Assembly (NCBI GenBank): GCA_028023455.1
Contig: JAQFVV010000001.1
Location: 13,578,001-13,642,000 of the forward strand
Direction of reading: 5' to 3'
Source of the DNA: Epiperipatus broadwayi
Taxonomy: Eukaryota > Animalia > Onychophora
DNA: 64,000 nucleotides
Part shown: positions 24,457-36,659 of the stretch, one piece after another
Layout: the number at the start of each line of letters is the position of its first letter
How positions within the stretch are numbered: position 1 is the stretch's first letter
Made by a program: the position numbers and the translations under genes
The notes under the pieces: generated by a model
Database searches by the model: none
What the model was told of the DNA's origin: nothing
What the model saw: the letters and a program-made list of their open reading frames with translations, nothing else

Positions 24457-24498
24457 GCTTTAATAGTTCAACCAGCAGACTGATTTTCATCAGTAAGC
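24457..24498 (-). ncRNA. Hammerhead ribozyme motif in inverted PLE pLTR
   Basis: Reverse complement: GCTTA CTGATGA A AATCAG TCTG CTGGTT GAA CTATT AAAGC; core intact, one A of GAAA missing. Confidence 0.6.
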
Positions 24499-24822
24499 AA
24501 AATGGCTGTTTCCAGAATTTAAGCACTAAAATATTACAGACAGTTACATATCGATAACAAAACTAATTATGCACCAAATTATGAAAACATTTTTATGGCT
24601 CAATTGGAAAGCTCTATACTTGAGAAGGCTAGCCTTAAACCTCATACTTGGCTGACATATATAGATGATGTCTTTATGATCTGGCCATACAATGAAAAAG
24701 AACTTCATACATTGTTTGATTATCTAAATAATTTTAATAATAATATATAATTTTCACTGAATATTTAAGGATTAAAAGAATTTGCACCTGATCAAGGATT
24801 TATTCAGAAAAATAATAAGGTT

Positions 24823-25590
24823 TTGTATAATAAATTTATCAATATGAAATATCGTAAAGGACCATTAGATAGGGCAGTGATAAAATCTTCAGGACTTGAC
24901 AGGCAGGAACTTCTATCTAACAAAAGAAAGAGTCAGTTGATAAATATACCACTGGTTCTTACCTTCAATGATGATTTGCCTAATATTAACCAAATATTAT
25001 GGAAACATTTTAATATATTAAATTCCACAGATTATCTGAGATCTGTTTTTCCCTATCCACCTAAAGTTGTATATCATAGACATAGGACACTTAGGGATAG
25101 ACTTGTTAGGACAGTTTTTGACACTAATTTTGTAGAAGGAAAGGGATGGTTTTCATGTGAGGATAAGAGATGTCTTACATGCAAACATTATTGTTACAAA
25201 GATGGTTCAGGAAGATACCATTCATGGTTTAAATGGTGTATCCTCAACTATGTCAATTGTAAAAGTATAAACTTGGTATATTTAATAAAATGTAATAGAT
25301 GCTTGTGTCGTTACATAGGTGAATCAGCAAACAGTCTACATATTAGAATGACCAACAATAGGTTTGATATTTTACATAAAAATGAAGATAGACCAGTTTC
25401 TAAATATTTCAATTTACCTGATCACTCGATTGATGATTTAAGAGTAGTTATATTGGAAGATGATTTTTCTTCCATGAGAGAAAGAAAACAGAAGGAGAGT
25501 TTTTTTATTTTTAAATTTAAGACATTACATCCTCATGGGATGAATATGAATATAGGTACTATCACATCTTTGAATTACCTGGTTTTCTAG
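24823..25590 (+). pseudogene. PLE ORF C-terminus: thumb/linker plus GIY-YIG endonuclease (255-aa open segment)
   Basis: IPLVLTFNDDLP..., Cys pair CEDKRCLTC, NLVYLIKCNRCLCRYIGESANSLHIRMTNNR, HFN-like KYFNLPDHS, RERKQKESFFIFKFKTLHPHGMN. The upstream RT is broken. Confidence 0.9.
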
Positions 25591-26032
25591 AGATTTGTTT
25601 ATTTTTATTTTCTAAATAATTATTTTTTATTTCCTAAATAATTATTTTATAGGTGGACTAGCATGAAGTGGAATAAATATAAAATATATATAAAAAATAT
25701 ATATGTATAAGATATATATGTATATAGTAAAATACATATAGTAGAATATATATATGTGTACAGTTTTTTTGTGTGTATTATAGATAATAATATATTTTTA
25801 TTGTTTTTTGATATATTTTAATTAATAATAATAATGTATGTATGGTTTTAGTTTTTTAAAATAAGTTTTTTGTGAAAGAATTTTTTTAGTATTTTTTATA
25901 CAAAGTTTTGTAAATATATATATATATTATACAAAGTTTTTAAAGATTTTTAACCTATGGGAATTAGTTTTGTTATCTGATACGTAACTGTCTGTAATAT
26001 TTTAGCATTTAAAGTCTGGAAACAGCCATTTT

Positions 26033-26074
26033 GCTTTCTGATAAAAACCAGTCTGCTGGTTGAAATATTAAAGC
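26033..26074 (+). ncRNA. Hammerhead ribozyme motif in 3' PLE pLTR
   Basis: GCTTT CTGATAA A AACCAG TCTG CTGGTT GAAA TATT AAAGC: 6-bp stem II, 5-bp stem I GCTTT/AAAGC, G8>A substitution. Confidence 0.65.
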
Positions 26075-27224
26075 ATTTTTATAGAGAAGTAATTCTGTGT
26101 TTTTATTATGTTTTTATTTTTCCTTTAGTTAGTTTATATATTTATTTTCATATATGTATATGCACACCCACAACTATGTTGCCATGTGCTATGTAACCCA
26201 AATAGTTACATTGCCCCCTCTGAGAAAACAAAGAAATTAAACACCTACTAACAATATTTTACATAATATACATGCATAATCAAAAGAAAGTTCATATCTC
26301 AAACTATGTACTCATCAATTTTTTTAGATACTTGACAGACATCTGATAGCTAACAGAATGAGTAGTGACCTGAAATTTTGAGATAGATAAAGAATTCAGT
26401 CATTGGACTATGAGCATGCAATGCACCAGGAACACCAAGAGGACTACCTCAATTGAGACTCTATAAGCTACTACAACTCTTGATAAAGGTAATGCAAAAG
26501 CTCTTTGCAAAGCCTTACTTCCATAAAGGGGCTGAAAAATACAAAACTATGCCCTATTTCTTTGAATCTTATGGGTTGGGAAATACAAGCTATGCCTTAC
26601 TCCTTTTCTTTGGGGATTTAGAGGCTGGAATCATGGCAGGATTACATTAACCACTCTATGATAAATAATAAATCAGAAAATGTATTGGAGCAAATAGCCA
26701 AGATAGAACACCTCATGGAATTTTCATGAAAACATTGCATCTTCAAGTCAATGACAAAAACCCTTATCCATCATAAAAACTGAAAATACAGTTAAACAAA
26801 CTTCAACAATCAAACACCCAATACAATCTCCAAAATCATAGATTTTCTGTTTAACTCTAAACATGAACACATGAAAACTACTATTTTATAATTTATAATC
26901 ATCATCAATACTCTTGTCACTATTTCACAGCAATTTTTAAAATTAATTCTGCATAAAATGCATACTTTTTTTCTTCCTCAGTTCTGGTTTGAGATCAAGA
27001 TGATAATTTTGAAGTGAGGATCACCAGTATGTGATCATTATCAGCCTTACATTGGGCAGCAATTTATAATGATTCCCACAGTACATGATCATCAGCAGTC
27101 TTCATTTGGGTAGCCATTTGTAACAGGATGGGTAATCTGGGTAGTCAAGGTGTGATGATGAAATCTCATCTTCCCCAAATAATTATAATGTTCAAGTAAA
27201 ATATTAAATATATAAGACATTAAA

Positions 27225-27900
27225 GAGATGTTTTGGGTATCCAAAACAAATGAATTTTTGTAAAAAAAAAAAAATTGGACATTTATTTTTAAGTGTTTAA
27301 TCTTCTTTAAAGTACTGTCCAGTCTAAATGCATCTTTGACTTTTGAAAGCAGTACTAAAACTCATGCAATATGATGTTTTAATGCCCCCATTGTTTTCTC
27401 TTCATCTCTTCCATGTCCACAAAACATTCTCCTTTGAAAATTTTTTTTATTCAGGGAAATAAGAATAAATCACACAGATTAAGATCAATTGAATATGTCA
27501 TGGGAGTTATGCTGGTTTTGTTTAAAAATTATTTCACCCTCGAGCTTTTTGCACGGACACACTGTCATGGTGAAGCAACCACTTTTCACTTTGTCAGAAA
27601 TTTGGGATGTTTTAACCTCACTGCATTACACAAACATTTTAGAACTTGTAGGTAAAATGTATGACTGTTATAAATGAATTGTGAATGAACAATGCCATTT
27701 GCATAAAAAAAATCAGCAACATCTTGACATTGAACTTTACCATGCTTTTTTGAAAAGTGATAAATTTGAACTGTTCAGTAAATTACCTGTAAACTCTTGT
27801 CTTCCTCATGTCAGTTTTCTTATAAGCTGTTTCAAGCATTACAGCTGTCTCCCTTGCCATTTTCCCTAACAGAAAACAGATCAGTTTATCCATTACCAAT
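27225..27900 (-). mobile_element. Internally deleted mariner-family (Tc1/mariner) remnant
   Basis: Minus strand N-terminus KLICFLLGKMARETAVMLETAYKKTDMRKTRVY; C-terminus LCNAVRLKHPKF..., TYSIDLNLCDLFLFP*IKKIFKGECF (PYSPDLAPCDFFLFP-like); TIR-like gggtatccaaaa near 27232-27243. Confidence 0.75.
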
Positions 27901-28369
27901 TCTCAATGTTCTCTAAAATATGAAAGCAAAATATTTGTATTTCTATACTAAAATAATGATGGTGAGTTGTTGTGTGCCCTAAAATCACAAATTGTGAATA
28001 CAGCTATAACAATCAGTGAAACTTTCGTTATCAAATTTTCTATCCATAAGCAATGCAAAATGTTTTGGTAAAAGTTTACTATAACGGTCTATGGGTGTTA
28101 GCCCTCTAATGTTTAAAATTTAAACTAAATTGTTTGAGAATCTTACGTGTATATTATTATATTACAAATAAATTAAAATTTAATCAAATGTAAAAGATAA
28201 TAATAAATAAAAAAAACCTTTTGGATGTTGGATTAATTACACCACATTAATTAAAAGAATTACTTTTAATTTGTTTGAAAGTTAAGAATTTAAACTGTCT
28301 ACAACTTAAGAATTTAAAATAACTACATTTATAGCACATGTTGCAAAAAAAAAAAAAGACACTCTATGT

Positions 28370-28765
28370 CAGGAGTCGCCAACCTTTTTTCACTTAAAAG
28401 CACATTCTATAATACCGGCCAGGTGGTGGGCACCATTTATTTTTTCAACCAGGTGGCGAGCACCATTTACTTTTTCAATGTAAATTTATAGTTGGATATT
28501 GTTAATAATACATATAATGTACAAAAAATATTTATTTCAAAAATAAAATTTTAACATATAATTAACGTTTATATTTTTATGCTGTAAAAGTATAGTATCC
28601 CTACAATTTGATCACAATATAATACAATAATTTATAAGAAATTTTAAAAATTAAATTTATTTGTATCAGATAAATAATTTTTTATCGTATTCGAATAGCG
28701 GCAGGCACACATAAAATGATCTGCGGGTGCCGTGGTGCCCGCGGGCATAAGGTTGGGGACCCCTG
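28370..28765. mobile_element. hAT (Buster/Charlie-type) MITE, 396 bp
   Basis: TIRs caggagtcgccaacc / ggttggggacccctg; perfect 8-bp TSD ctctatgt (28362-28369, 28766-28773) with central TA; CpG-rich subterminal sequence. Confidence 0.92.
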
Positions 28766-28884
28766 CTCTATGTGTTCGACAGCATGAATTACATGCACAT
28801 GTGTACAGTTTTATAGTTGGAAAAAATGTCTGCTATATGCTTAGTACCTGATGGTGAAATTTTGAGTGTTGCTGCTATTCTGGC

Positions 28885-29283
28885 AGTATAGAGAGAGCAT
28901 CACGAAAGTGCTTCTTGACAGAAGTTGCAGACAGGATGGCTGATACACTGGAGGGGCTGATACAGTGGTTCATTTTACCAGTTATGCACATTATTTCCGA
29001 TGGCTGGGCTGCGTACAATAACATCAGCAGTCTCAACAATGGTGTGTATATGCATTCGGTTGTCGTCCATCAGGACAACTTCGTGCATCCCGAAGACCAA
29101 GACATACACACCCAGAATATTGAAAACATTTGGATGAGAGCAAAGCGTAAGCTGAAATTCCAATCTGGCACTAGCAGAGCTTTGTTTTCATTGTACCTGC
29201 ATGAATTTGCCCTCCGGAGTAGATACAGCAATACCGCTTTTTTCTCCAACTTCCTAGTGTGTATAGGACATAATTATGTTTAA
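28885..29283 (+). pseudogene. Merlin/ISXO2-like DDE transposase, C-terminal half
   Basis: GSIERASRKCFLTEVADRMADTL...HIISDGWAAY...HSVVVHQDNFVHPEDQDIHTQNIENIWMRAKRKLK...YLHEF. Confidence 0.88.
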
Positions 29284-31064
29284 AAAGGTAAATGTTTTTT
29301 TTATTATCTTTTACATTTGAATAATTTTTAATTTATTTGTAATATAATAACATACATGTAAGATTGTCAAACAACTTAGTTTAAATTTTAAACAATAGAG
29401 GGCAAACACCCATAGTTATAGTAAACCTTTACCAATTTTTCATAATGAAATGTGTAAGTTACAAATTTAATTTATTCATTTTGCTTTTTCTTTAATTATT
29501 TTTTTTATCAATATTCATTAAGTTACATTAATAAATTGTACCTAAATTATACTAATAAATTATTTTTAATTTTGTACAATTTTTTTTTTTTATTAATCTT
29601 TTTTTGAGTACATTAATCTTTTCTAATAAATTATGTTTAATAAATTTTATTTAAATTAATTTAATAAAATATATTTAATTTTTTTTTAAAATTAATGTTT
29701 TATTAGTAAAGTCACTAAAGGATTAAAAAGCCAAAAATGTCAGAATAATGGTATTCTATACATATATATAATATTTTAAATACAAGTATATTTTACATAC
29801 CTAGAGTCTAGATGTAACACACACATATATATATTTAATGTTTTTATATATATATTTCTATTGCTTTAGTACTAGTATTCTATATATATTTCCACTGCTT
29901 TAATGATAATTCACCATGCACAATGAACTCTTTAGATTGTAAAAGATAAGTTATCTTTATAATTTTGTGATACATTGGCAAAGACATCCTTAAAAAAGGC
30001 TGCACAACATATAATAATTTGTCAAATGAATATCTTTTTGCAAATACATTCTGAAGAAATTCATTATTGATTGCATTGTCTTACGTAAGATCATATCTAT
30101 GAACATTACTTTGTCAAACCTGTCTTTGTTATTGTTTCTCAACATCAAGCAAAACTGCGTTTTGCAGTATATATTGTTCTAAAGTTTAATTAACCATTAC
30201 TGATAAGGAAGATTTTAAAATTGGGTTATGGATAAAATAGTTGCGAAAATGTATAAGAAAAATTTTTGGTACTTTAATTTTTTGGTTAAGTATTATAAAA
30301 GCACTGGGAATAATTAACAAATATTTTTTAATATATATATATATTTATTTAATTTTTAAAATATGTTACAGATTAATTTAAAAATTAAACTGTGAACTCA
30401 ACCCATAGGTATAAAACTTCTCCCTTATTAATAATAAAATTTAAGTCATATTTTAGATTCAATGGCCATCATAGATTTGGGCAAAAATATTTATTTACCA
30501 ACTAATAATAGATGTCTACTTAAATTAGCTTAGAGTCAGATATCTACTAAATTTTAAACTTTTTTTGGAAAATTCTATGTTATCTGAAAAATATTTTTTA
30601 AAATTATATTTACATTTGAATATCAAATTATTGTTACATCTGTATAATACATTACCTAGTAATGATGAATTTTTAATATTAGTTAGAGCTAGAAAAAATA
30701 ATTGAAGAACTATTAAACTTTACAATCTTATCAAAACATTACAACAGGAATAATTTTAAGTAAACATTTTTTTTTTCTAAAATATTGAATACACAATTTT
30801 TTCTAAAATATTAGTAAAATATTTACTGTATTAAAAACTATAATATTTTTGATTAGTAGTTATTTATTAGCTAATTTTCCAATACTATATATATATATAT
30901 TCATCTCCCTTCCCCATCTCAAGCTTACTAATTTAAATACAAAATCAACAATAAAGCACACAAATCTCATCCGTTTATTAATAAGAATTTATTATGTATA
31001 TATCATTTCAACCATTATCATATCCATGCCAATACGCATCTATGTAGTATGCCAGATGGAAGTT

Positions 31065-31739
31065 TGCCATCTGTTTTTATTTTAAATATTCCATTTTCAG
31101 GGGTTTCTAATCCTTGATGTAAATAATAGGACTGGCTCTAAGTTATTGTATTCAATATTTACTTGGTTTTTTATTTATTAAAATGATAAAGAGACACAAA
31201 AGTCCAAAGGATTGTAACTAAATTATTTTTTAATCAAATGCAGTAAAGAAAATAAAACATGATTAAGCAAATTATAACAAATATAGTTATTCATATCAGT
31301 AGACAGACATCACTTTTAGGATGGACACAATCCCATAATTTTGAAAATATTCCACTGCATCTTGTTCTGTCAATGAAAGATTTCAAATTTTAATCATACT
31401 TCCAAAAATGATAAAGCAAAGAAGGAATGTTAAAAATAATAATGACATTTTCAGTTAATGAATGTTTAAAAAAATCACAATTTGCCACTTGTTAAGTGTT
31501 CACCACATGTTAATGTTTGAACATTACGTTGTGAATGAAATTTATTTAAAAATGTATTGAAATTTTTTAAAATTAATATTCAATTTAAAATACATTTGTC
31601 AATATTTTTTAAAGTTAACAAGCTACACACATTCGAGAAAATAATTTCAAGAAAAAAAAGTTCAAGAAATAATTTTGTAGGGAGAGGGGGTATTAACAAA
31701 TACTTCGATACTGAAAATGGATTATTTAAAATACAATGC
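31065..31739 (-). mobile_element. Non-autonomous Merlin deletion derivative (same family as 41754-45474)
   Basis: TIR tgaaaatggattatttaaaatacaatgcc (31711-31739) and a degenerate TIR at ~31065-31098; retains only the transposase start (MIKI*NLSLTEQDAVEYFQNYGIV) fused to the 3' end. Confidence 0.8.
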
Positions 31740-31799
31740 CTATGTATTTTAAATCATTTTTTAATAAATTCCATTCACGGCATACATGTCAAACAGTTA

Positions 31800-32222
31800 G
31801 TAGGTCACTAAAATTATCATGATTTTTATAACATTTATTAACTAAAATTAATATTTTTTTAACATTTTTTTTCTGTTTTATTGTTTTTGAAAGTATGATT
31901 AAAATTTCTAATCTTCCATTGACAGAACAAGATGCAGTAGAACATTTTCAAAATTACAGGATAGTGCCTGCTCAAAAAGTGATGTCTGTTCACCAACATG
32001 AATAATCACATTTGTTATAGTTTGCTTAATCGTGATTTATTTTTGTTTTATTTAATGCATTTACATTAAAAAACTTTTTAATTACAATCCTTTGGACTTT
32101 TGTGTTTCTTTATCATTTTAATAAATAAAACAAAAAATAAATACAATAAGTTAGAGTCAGCCATATTGATTATACCATGTGTTGGAAGCCCTTGAAAATG
32201 GATTATTTAAAATAAAAATGGA
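31800..32222 (+). mobile_element. Second copy of the same Merlin deletion derivative, opposite orientation
   Basis: MIKISNLPLTEQDAVEHFQNYRIVPAQK, the same junction aaaagtgatgtctgt, and 3' TIR tgaaaatggattatttaaaataaaat. Confidence 0.8.
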
Positions 32223-32229
32223 TGCAAGT

Positions 32230-33140
32230 TTCTGGCTGATATGCTACATAACTACCAAAGATTTTTTTCCAAATTTAATTAGTTAAACAACTGATTCATA
32301 GTTTTTTCTTCTATATCATCCTGCATTTTTTTTTATTTAGTGCATCCATTACACCTGTAATCTTTTTCTAGAACTTGTATAATTTTTTAGGATCTATTTT
32401 AAGATTTCAACTTCCTTTTATTATTATTATCTCTTTTAGCAATGTATCTAGTTCTTCTCCACTTCAGTTTAATTTTTTCAATGATGTTAGTAATATTTGT
32501 TTATTCTCTCTCTCATGTGTTTTGTTTTCAATTCCTCATTGTTTTCATACACATGTGCACATACTCTAATATTTTGCTGGATAGTTTGAAGTTCTTGTTT
32601 TACTGTTAAAATTCAAGTTTCAAAGTTATAAGTAAGCACTGGTAAGACACATTCATTAAAAACGTTTTTTTTAATCACATAGACATATTTTCTTTTAAAA
32701 ATATTATTTCTAAAAAGCACTCCATTCAATTTTAATTCTATTATCAATTTCATTCATTGTATTTCCATCTGAATTAACTAACCAAAGTATTTATAATTTC
32801 TTGTGATTACTATAAATCTTTATTTTCTTTTATTTTGAAAAGCTATTGACTATTGCTTTAATTCTTTTTAGCTGTTATTTTTAACTTTACTTTCTTACTT
32901 TCGTCAAATAGTTCTTATAACATTATCTGAAATTCAGAAGCATTATTTGTGATACAATTACAGTATCTTTAAAATCCAGATGACTTAAGTGTATCTCCAT
33001 TTATTTTTATTCTCTTCGTTTTTATTTTAATAAGAATATATACTTCCTTTAAAATTTCTATAAAGTTTTGAAATTATCTCCTTTGAAAGAAACCCCAATC
33101 ATTTTAGTATCATTATGTAATCTAATCACAGCTATTTCAA
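32230..33140 (-). mobile_element. RTE-clade LINE 3' fragment, decayed
   Basis: Minus strand RIKINGDTLSHL.F (RT motif before FADD) and a C-terminal TNIIEKIKLKWRRTRYIAKRDN segment. Confidence 0.6.
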
Positions 33141-35082
33141 TTAGCAATACCTTAGATCTATATGTTTAATCATCACAAAATGATTGTAGAATGTAAACAT
33201 TTTTTAAATGCTTAGATGCAACCTTTCTGTGTTACAATCATTTTAAATCTAGCTGTTTTTTTAACTGATTTACATAAAAAAATATTTATAAATCTTGTAT
33301 AGAAAAGATTGATAGGTCTATAATTCTTAATTTTTTATTTTTAAATATCAATATCATTGTTGCAGTCTTCTAATTAACTGATATGTTATCATTTAAAATC
33401 CATATATGTGTGTGTGTGCTTTATATATATATTTTAAAAAATATTATTACAACAATAATATATATTTATGAGATAAAAAAATTAGTTCTAAAATACAGTT
33501 GTCCTGAATTTATTTTAGTGTATGCTTGCGAATGTGTATATATATAGAACGAGAGAGAGAAAGAAATTTAATCTTCATTTATCCCACGATAATACATTTT
33601 TAGTACATATTTCTATTACTTTAAATATCACAGCTCCTTTAATTTTTTTTTAGTTTTGTATTCACAATCATTTTTACGTGAGACACTTTTTTGTTAGGAA
33701 AAGAGAAACTCCTTTACTTCTAAAAATTGATTAATGAAGACAGTGATTATAAATAAATATTCATTTATCTATAAGGAATGTGACATATATAAATGATAGA
33801 TGTAGGTAATCTATGTTTGCTTATACTTTCATTTTTAAGAAATCTATTGATAAGAATATTAATTATGAATAAATAGGTCTACAGTTTTAATTATTTAACA
33901 AATCTTTTTTTTTTTAAATGTTTGCTAATTAAATGCATGATTATTTTTCATATTTAATAGTAAACTACTATTTAATGAAAGATGAATGAAAAAAATGGCA
34001 TGATTATTTTCGAAAATTAATAGTAGAATATTATTTGATGAAAGATGAACGAAAAAAAAAAAATTCTATCAACACCAAATTTAACTTTTAATGAATGAAT
34101 CCAGTAAAAAATAAAATGCAACGACTTTATTAATTTAGCAGTTGCTTTTTTTTAATTATGTAAGTGTATTTTAGTTTTATTATACCTAAATAGGCAAAAG
34201 CAAAACAAGCCTAAACAGCCAACTTCAGACTAAAGGCCATTCTTCTTCATTTCTCAAATAAACACTGAAGGAAAGACCAAACTGACAAGATTAGTCAACT
34301 ATCAGGTGGTGAGTTATAATTACTTTTTTATTATTTTAATCTGTAATTAATTACCAAATTAACTAACAGTTAGCTTGTATTGGCAATTGTCCAAGTATCT
34401 GAAAGAAAAATTTTGATTCTTTACACTGATATAAATGAGGTAAACTTTGGTTAATTGATAAATCAGACACCAGGATTTTTTTAAAAAAAAATCAAACTAT
34501 GATTTTAATCATTTTTATTTATATTTTCATATAATCAGAATTTTTTATTGGTGCTATTATGTTTTTAAATACTTCGTAGTATAATATTCAAATATTTTAT
34601 ATAAATTAATATAGTTAGCATAATAGTTATAAATACCGAAGGATACTCTATGTTCTCAGTATTTGTACTTGCAGTATTAGGATGTAAACATGCACATTTA
34701 TTCAAAGTTTACGATGATAGAAAGCATGTGTGCAAATGCAAAGTCATAACCAAATAAGTGTCTTGAAGCAATGTTTATATATTGAAGTACCATATAAGTC
34801 AAATAAAAATGACATGAGGATAGAATACTAAGAAATGTTTAAAGACTTGTACAAAAGTATATAAATAAATAATATTGTATTAATAAATAATAAAATAAAA
34901 AAAATCATATGTTTAGTTGCTTAAGAGATCATAGAATATTTGAACATCTAATTTAGCAGATTGAACAGAACAGCACCTTTTACTTAACCAACTATTTTCT
35001 TTTTCACAACTTACTATTGATCCAGGAATATTTAATTCTTGAGTCCACTATTCTATAACTTCATTAAACAATCCCCTTGTAT

Positions 35083-35194
35083 AATAATAATGATGATGAT
35101 GGTGATGATGATGATAATAATAATGATGATGATAATGATAATGATGATGATAATGATGATGATGATGGTGGTGGTGATGATGATGATGATGATG
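35083..35194. repeat. (GAT/AAT/GGT)n compound microsatellite
   Basis: Source of the spurious poly-His ORF 35048-35281. Confidence 0.95.
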
Positions 35195-35391
35195 CATTAT
35201 ATATAGTACTTTTAATAAAAAATTGATTAGTTTTAAAAAATTTTGAAATGAGTGTTTTCCTACTGACAAGTGAATTCTCAAAATGAATACTTATATAATT
35301 AAGAGGGATTTAAACTCAGATTTTCATACTCTGTTCAGTCATTCACTCTATCTGATACAACCAATATACATGTGAAAAAGATAAATGATCT

Positions 35392-35433
35392 CCAATAGAC
35401 ATATTTTGTGCTGAACCAGCACTCATTGGTTAG
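35392..35433 (-). ncRNA. Type I hammerhead ribozyme motif, family B copy (core decayed)
   Basis: Reverse complement: CTAA CCAATGA GTGCTG GTT CAGCAC AAAA TATGTC TA TTGG. Confidence 0.6.
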
Positions 35434-35852
35434 TCTGGATCATCATATTCTACACATACACATAATTAGTTCTCAATTTTATATTAAGATAGCAAATCTA
35501 CAAACTTTAATGGGCAGGCTTCAATCTTCTCAACCCTCCAACTCTTCTGCCACCCATATCATTGAAAATCTGATGACAGAATGTTCAAAGCTCTTGTTGA
35601 TGTCATTATTATTGTTATATCCATGTTGACCTTAAGTCAATCTGATCCCTCATATGTAGAACCTTAATATGTCCATTTAAATACACAGCAGAGAGATGGG
35701 CAGAATACAGGCTGAATAGGTAATATTTAATACAAGTATAGTATATACACCTAAACTAGATATAATTAAGATTTGAACTCAGACTTTCAAGCTCTCTTTA
35801 GCCATTCTATCTATATACATGACCATATACATGTGAAAAAGATAAATAATCT

Positions 35853-35894
35853 CCAATATACATATTTTGTGCTAAATCAACACTCATCAGTTAG
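35853..35894 (-). ncRNA. Type I hammerhead ribozyme motif, family B copy
   Basis: Reverse complement: CTAA CTGATGA GTGTTG ATT TAGCAC AAAA TATGTA TA TTGG. Confidence 0.7.
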
Positions 35895-36462
35895 TCCAGA
35901 TCATCATCACTCACATATACACATAATCAGTTCTCAATTTTATATTAAGATAGCAAATCTATAAACTTTAATGAACATGCTTCAATCTTCTCCATCCTCC
36001 AACTCTTCATCCATTCATATCATTGAAAATCTGATGATGGAATAATCAAAGTTCTTGTTGATGCCATTATTATTGTTGTACCCATGTTTACCTTAAGTCA
36101 ATCTGACCCCTGACATGTAGAACCTTAATATGTCCATTTAAATGCACAAAAGAGGGATGAGCTGAATTCAGGCTGAATACATAATATTTAATACAAATAT
36201 AGTACATATGCTTAAACTAGATGTAATTAAAAAAATTAAGGTTCTACTTATGGTGAGTCAAATTGACTTAAGGTCAACATGGCTATAACAATAATAATGG
36301 TATCAACAAGAACTTTGAACATTCAAGCATCAGATTTTCAATGATATGAATGGCTGAAGAGTTGGAGAAGATTAGTGCATGTCCATTAAAGTTTGTAGAT
36401 TTGCTATCTTAATATAAAATTGAGAACTGATTATGTGTATGTGTGGGAGATAATGTTCCAAA

Positions 36463-36504
36463 CCAAATGATGAGTGCTGAGTCAGCATGAAATACATATA
36501 TTGG
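36463..36504 (+). ncRNA. Type I hammerhead ribozyme motif, family B copy (GAAA intact)
   Basis: CCAA ATGATGA GTGCTG AGT CAGCAT GAAA TACATA TA TTGG; C3>A; predicted cleavage after A36500. Confidence 0.75.
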
Positions 36505-36659
36505 AGATCATTTATCTTTTTCACATGTATATGGTCAGGTATATTGGTTGTATTAGATAGAGTGAATCACTGAAGGAGCTTGAAAGTCTGAGTTCAAATC
36601 CCTCTTAATTACATCTAGTTTAAGCATATATACTATACCTGTATTAAATATTATACATA

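Larger units (their letters stand above)
24425..26110 (+). mobile_element. 5'-truncated Penelope-like element (RT C-terminus plus GIY-YIG) with inverted 5' pLTR copy
   Basis: 24425-24568 is the reverse complement of 25962-26108. RT motifs APNYENIFMAQLE and TWLTYIDDVFMIWP (YIDD 24658-24669). GIY-YIG ORF 24823-25590. Confidence 0.92.
28067..29433 (+). mobile_element. Merlin (IS1016/ISXO2-like) DNA transposon, internally deleted, ~155-bp TIRs
   Basis: 28067-28225 is the reverse complement of ~29282-29433; termini ggtaaaagtttactataac / gttatagtaaacctttacc; flanks aatgtttt and aatttttc may be a decayed 8-bp TSD. Confidence 0.8.
35295..36655. mobile_element. Family B non-coding HHR retroelement array: two tandem units (-) plus one inverted unit (+)
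   Basis: HHR-to-HHR spacing 35392 to 35853 = 461 bp; ~36235-36655 is the reverse complement of the preceding unit; no coding homology recognised. Confidence 0.9.

Noticed and set aside
26400-26760. I/R1-type LINE post-RT fragment (TRNTKRTTSIETL)
   Set aside because: A single weak motif with no flanking domains recognisable.
35048-35281. Poly-His ORF on the minus strand
   Set aside because: It is the translation of a (GAT/AAT/GGT)n microsatellite, with no gene context.
35565-35600. ctgatgacagaatgttcaaag as an antisense hammerhead in family B
   Set aside because: G12 is absent in all three copies and no stem I pairing is possible.
35408-35964. Repeated ORFs (LNQHS.VS.DHH..HIHIISSQFYIKIANL)
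   Set aside because: These are family B repeat units read antisense to the ribozyme; start and stop positions are inconsistent between copies.
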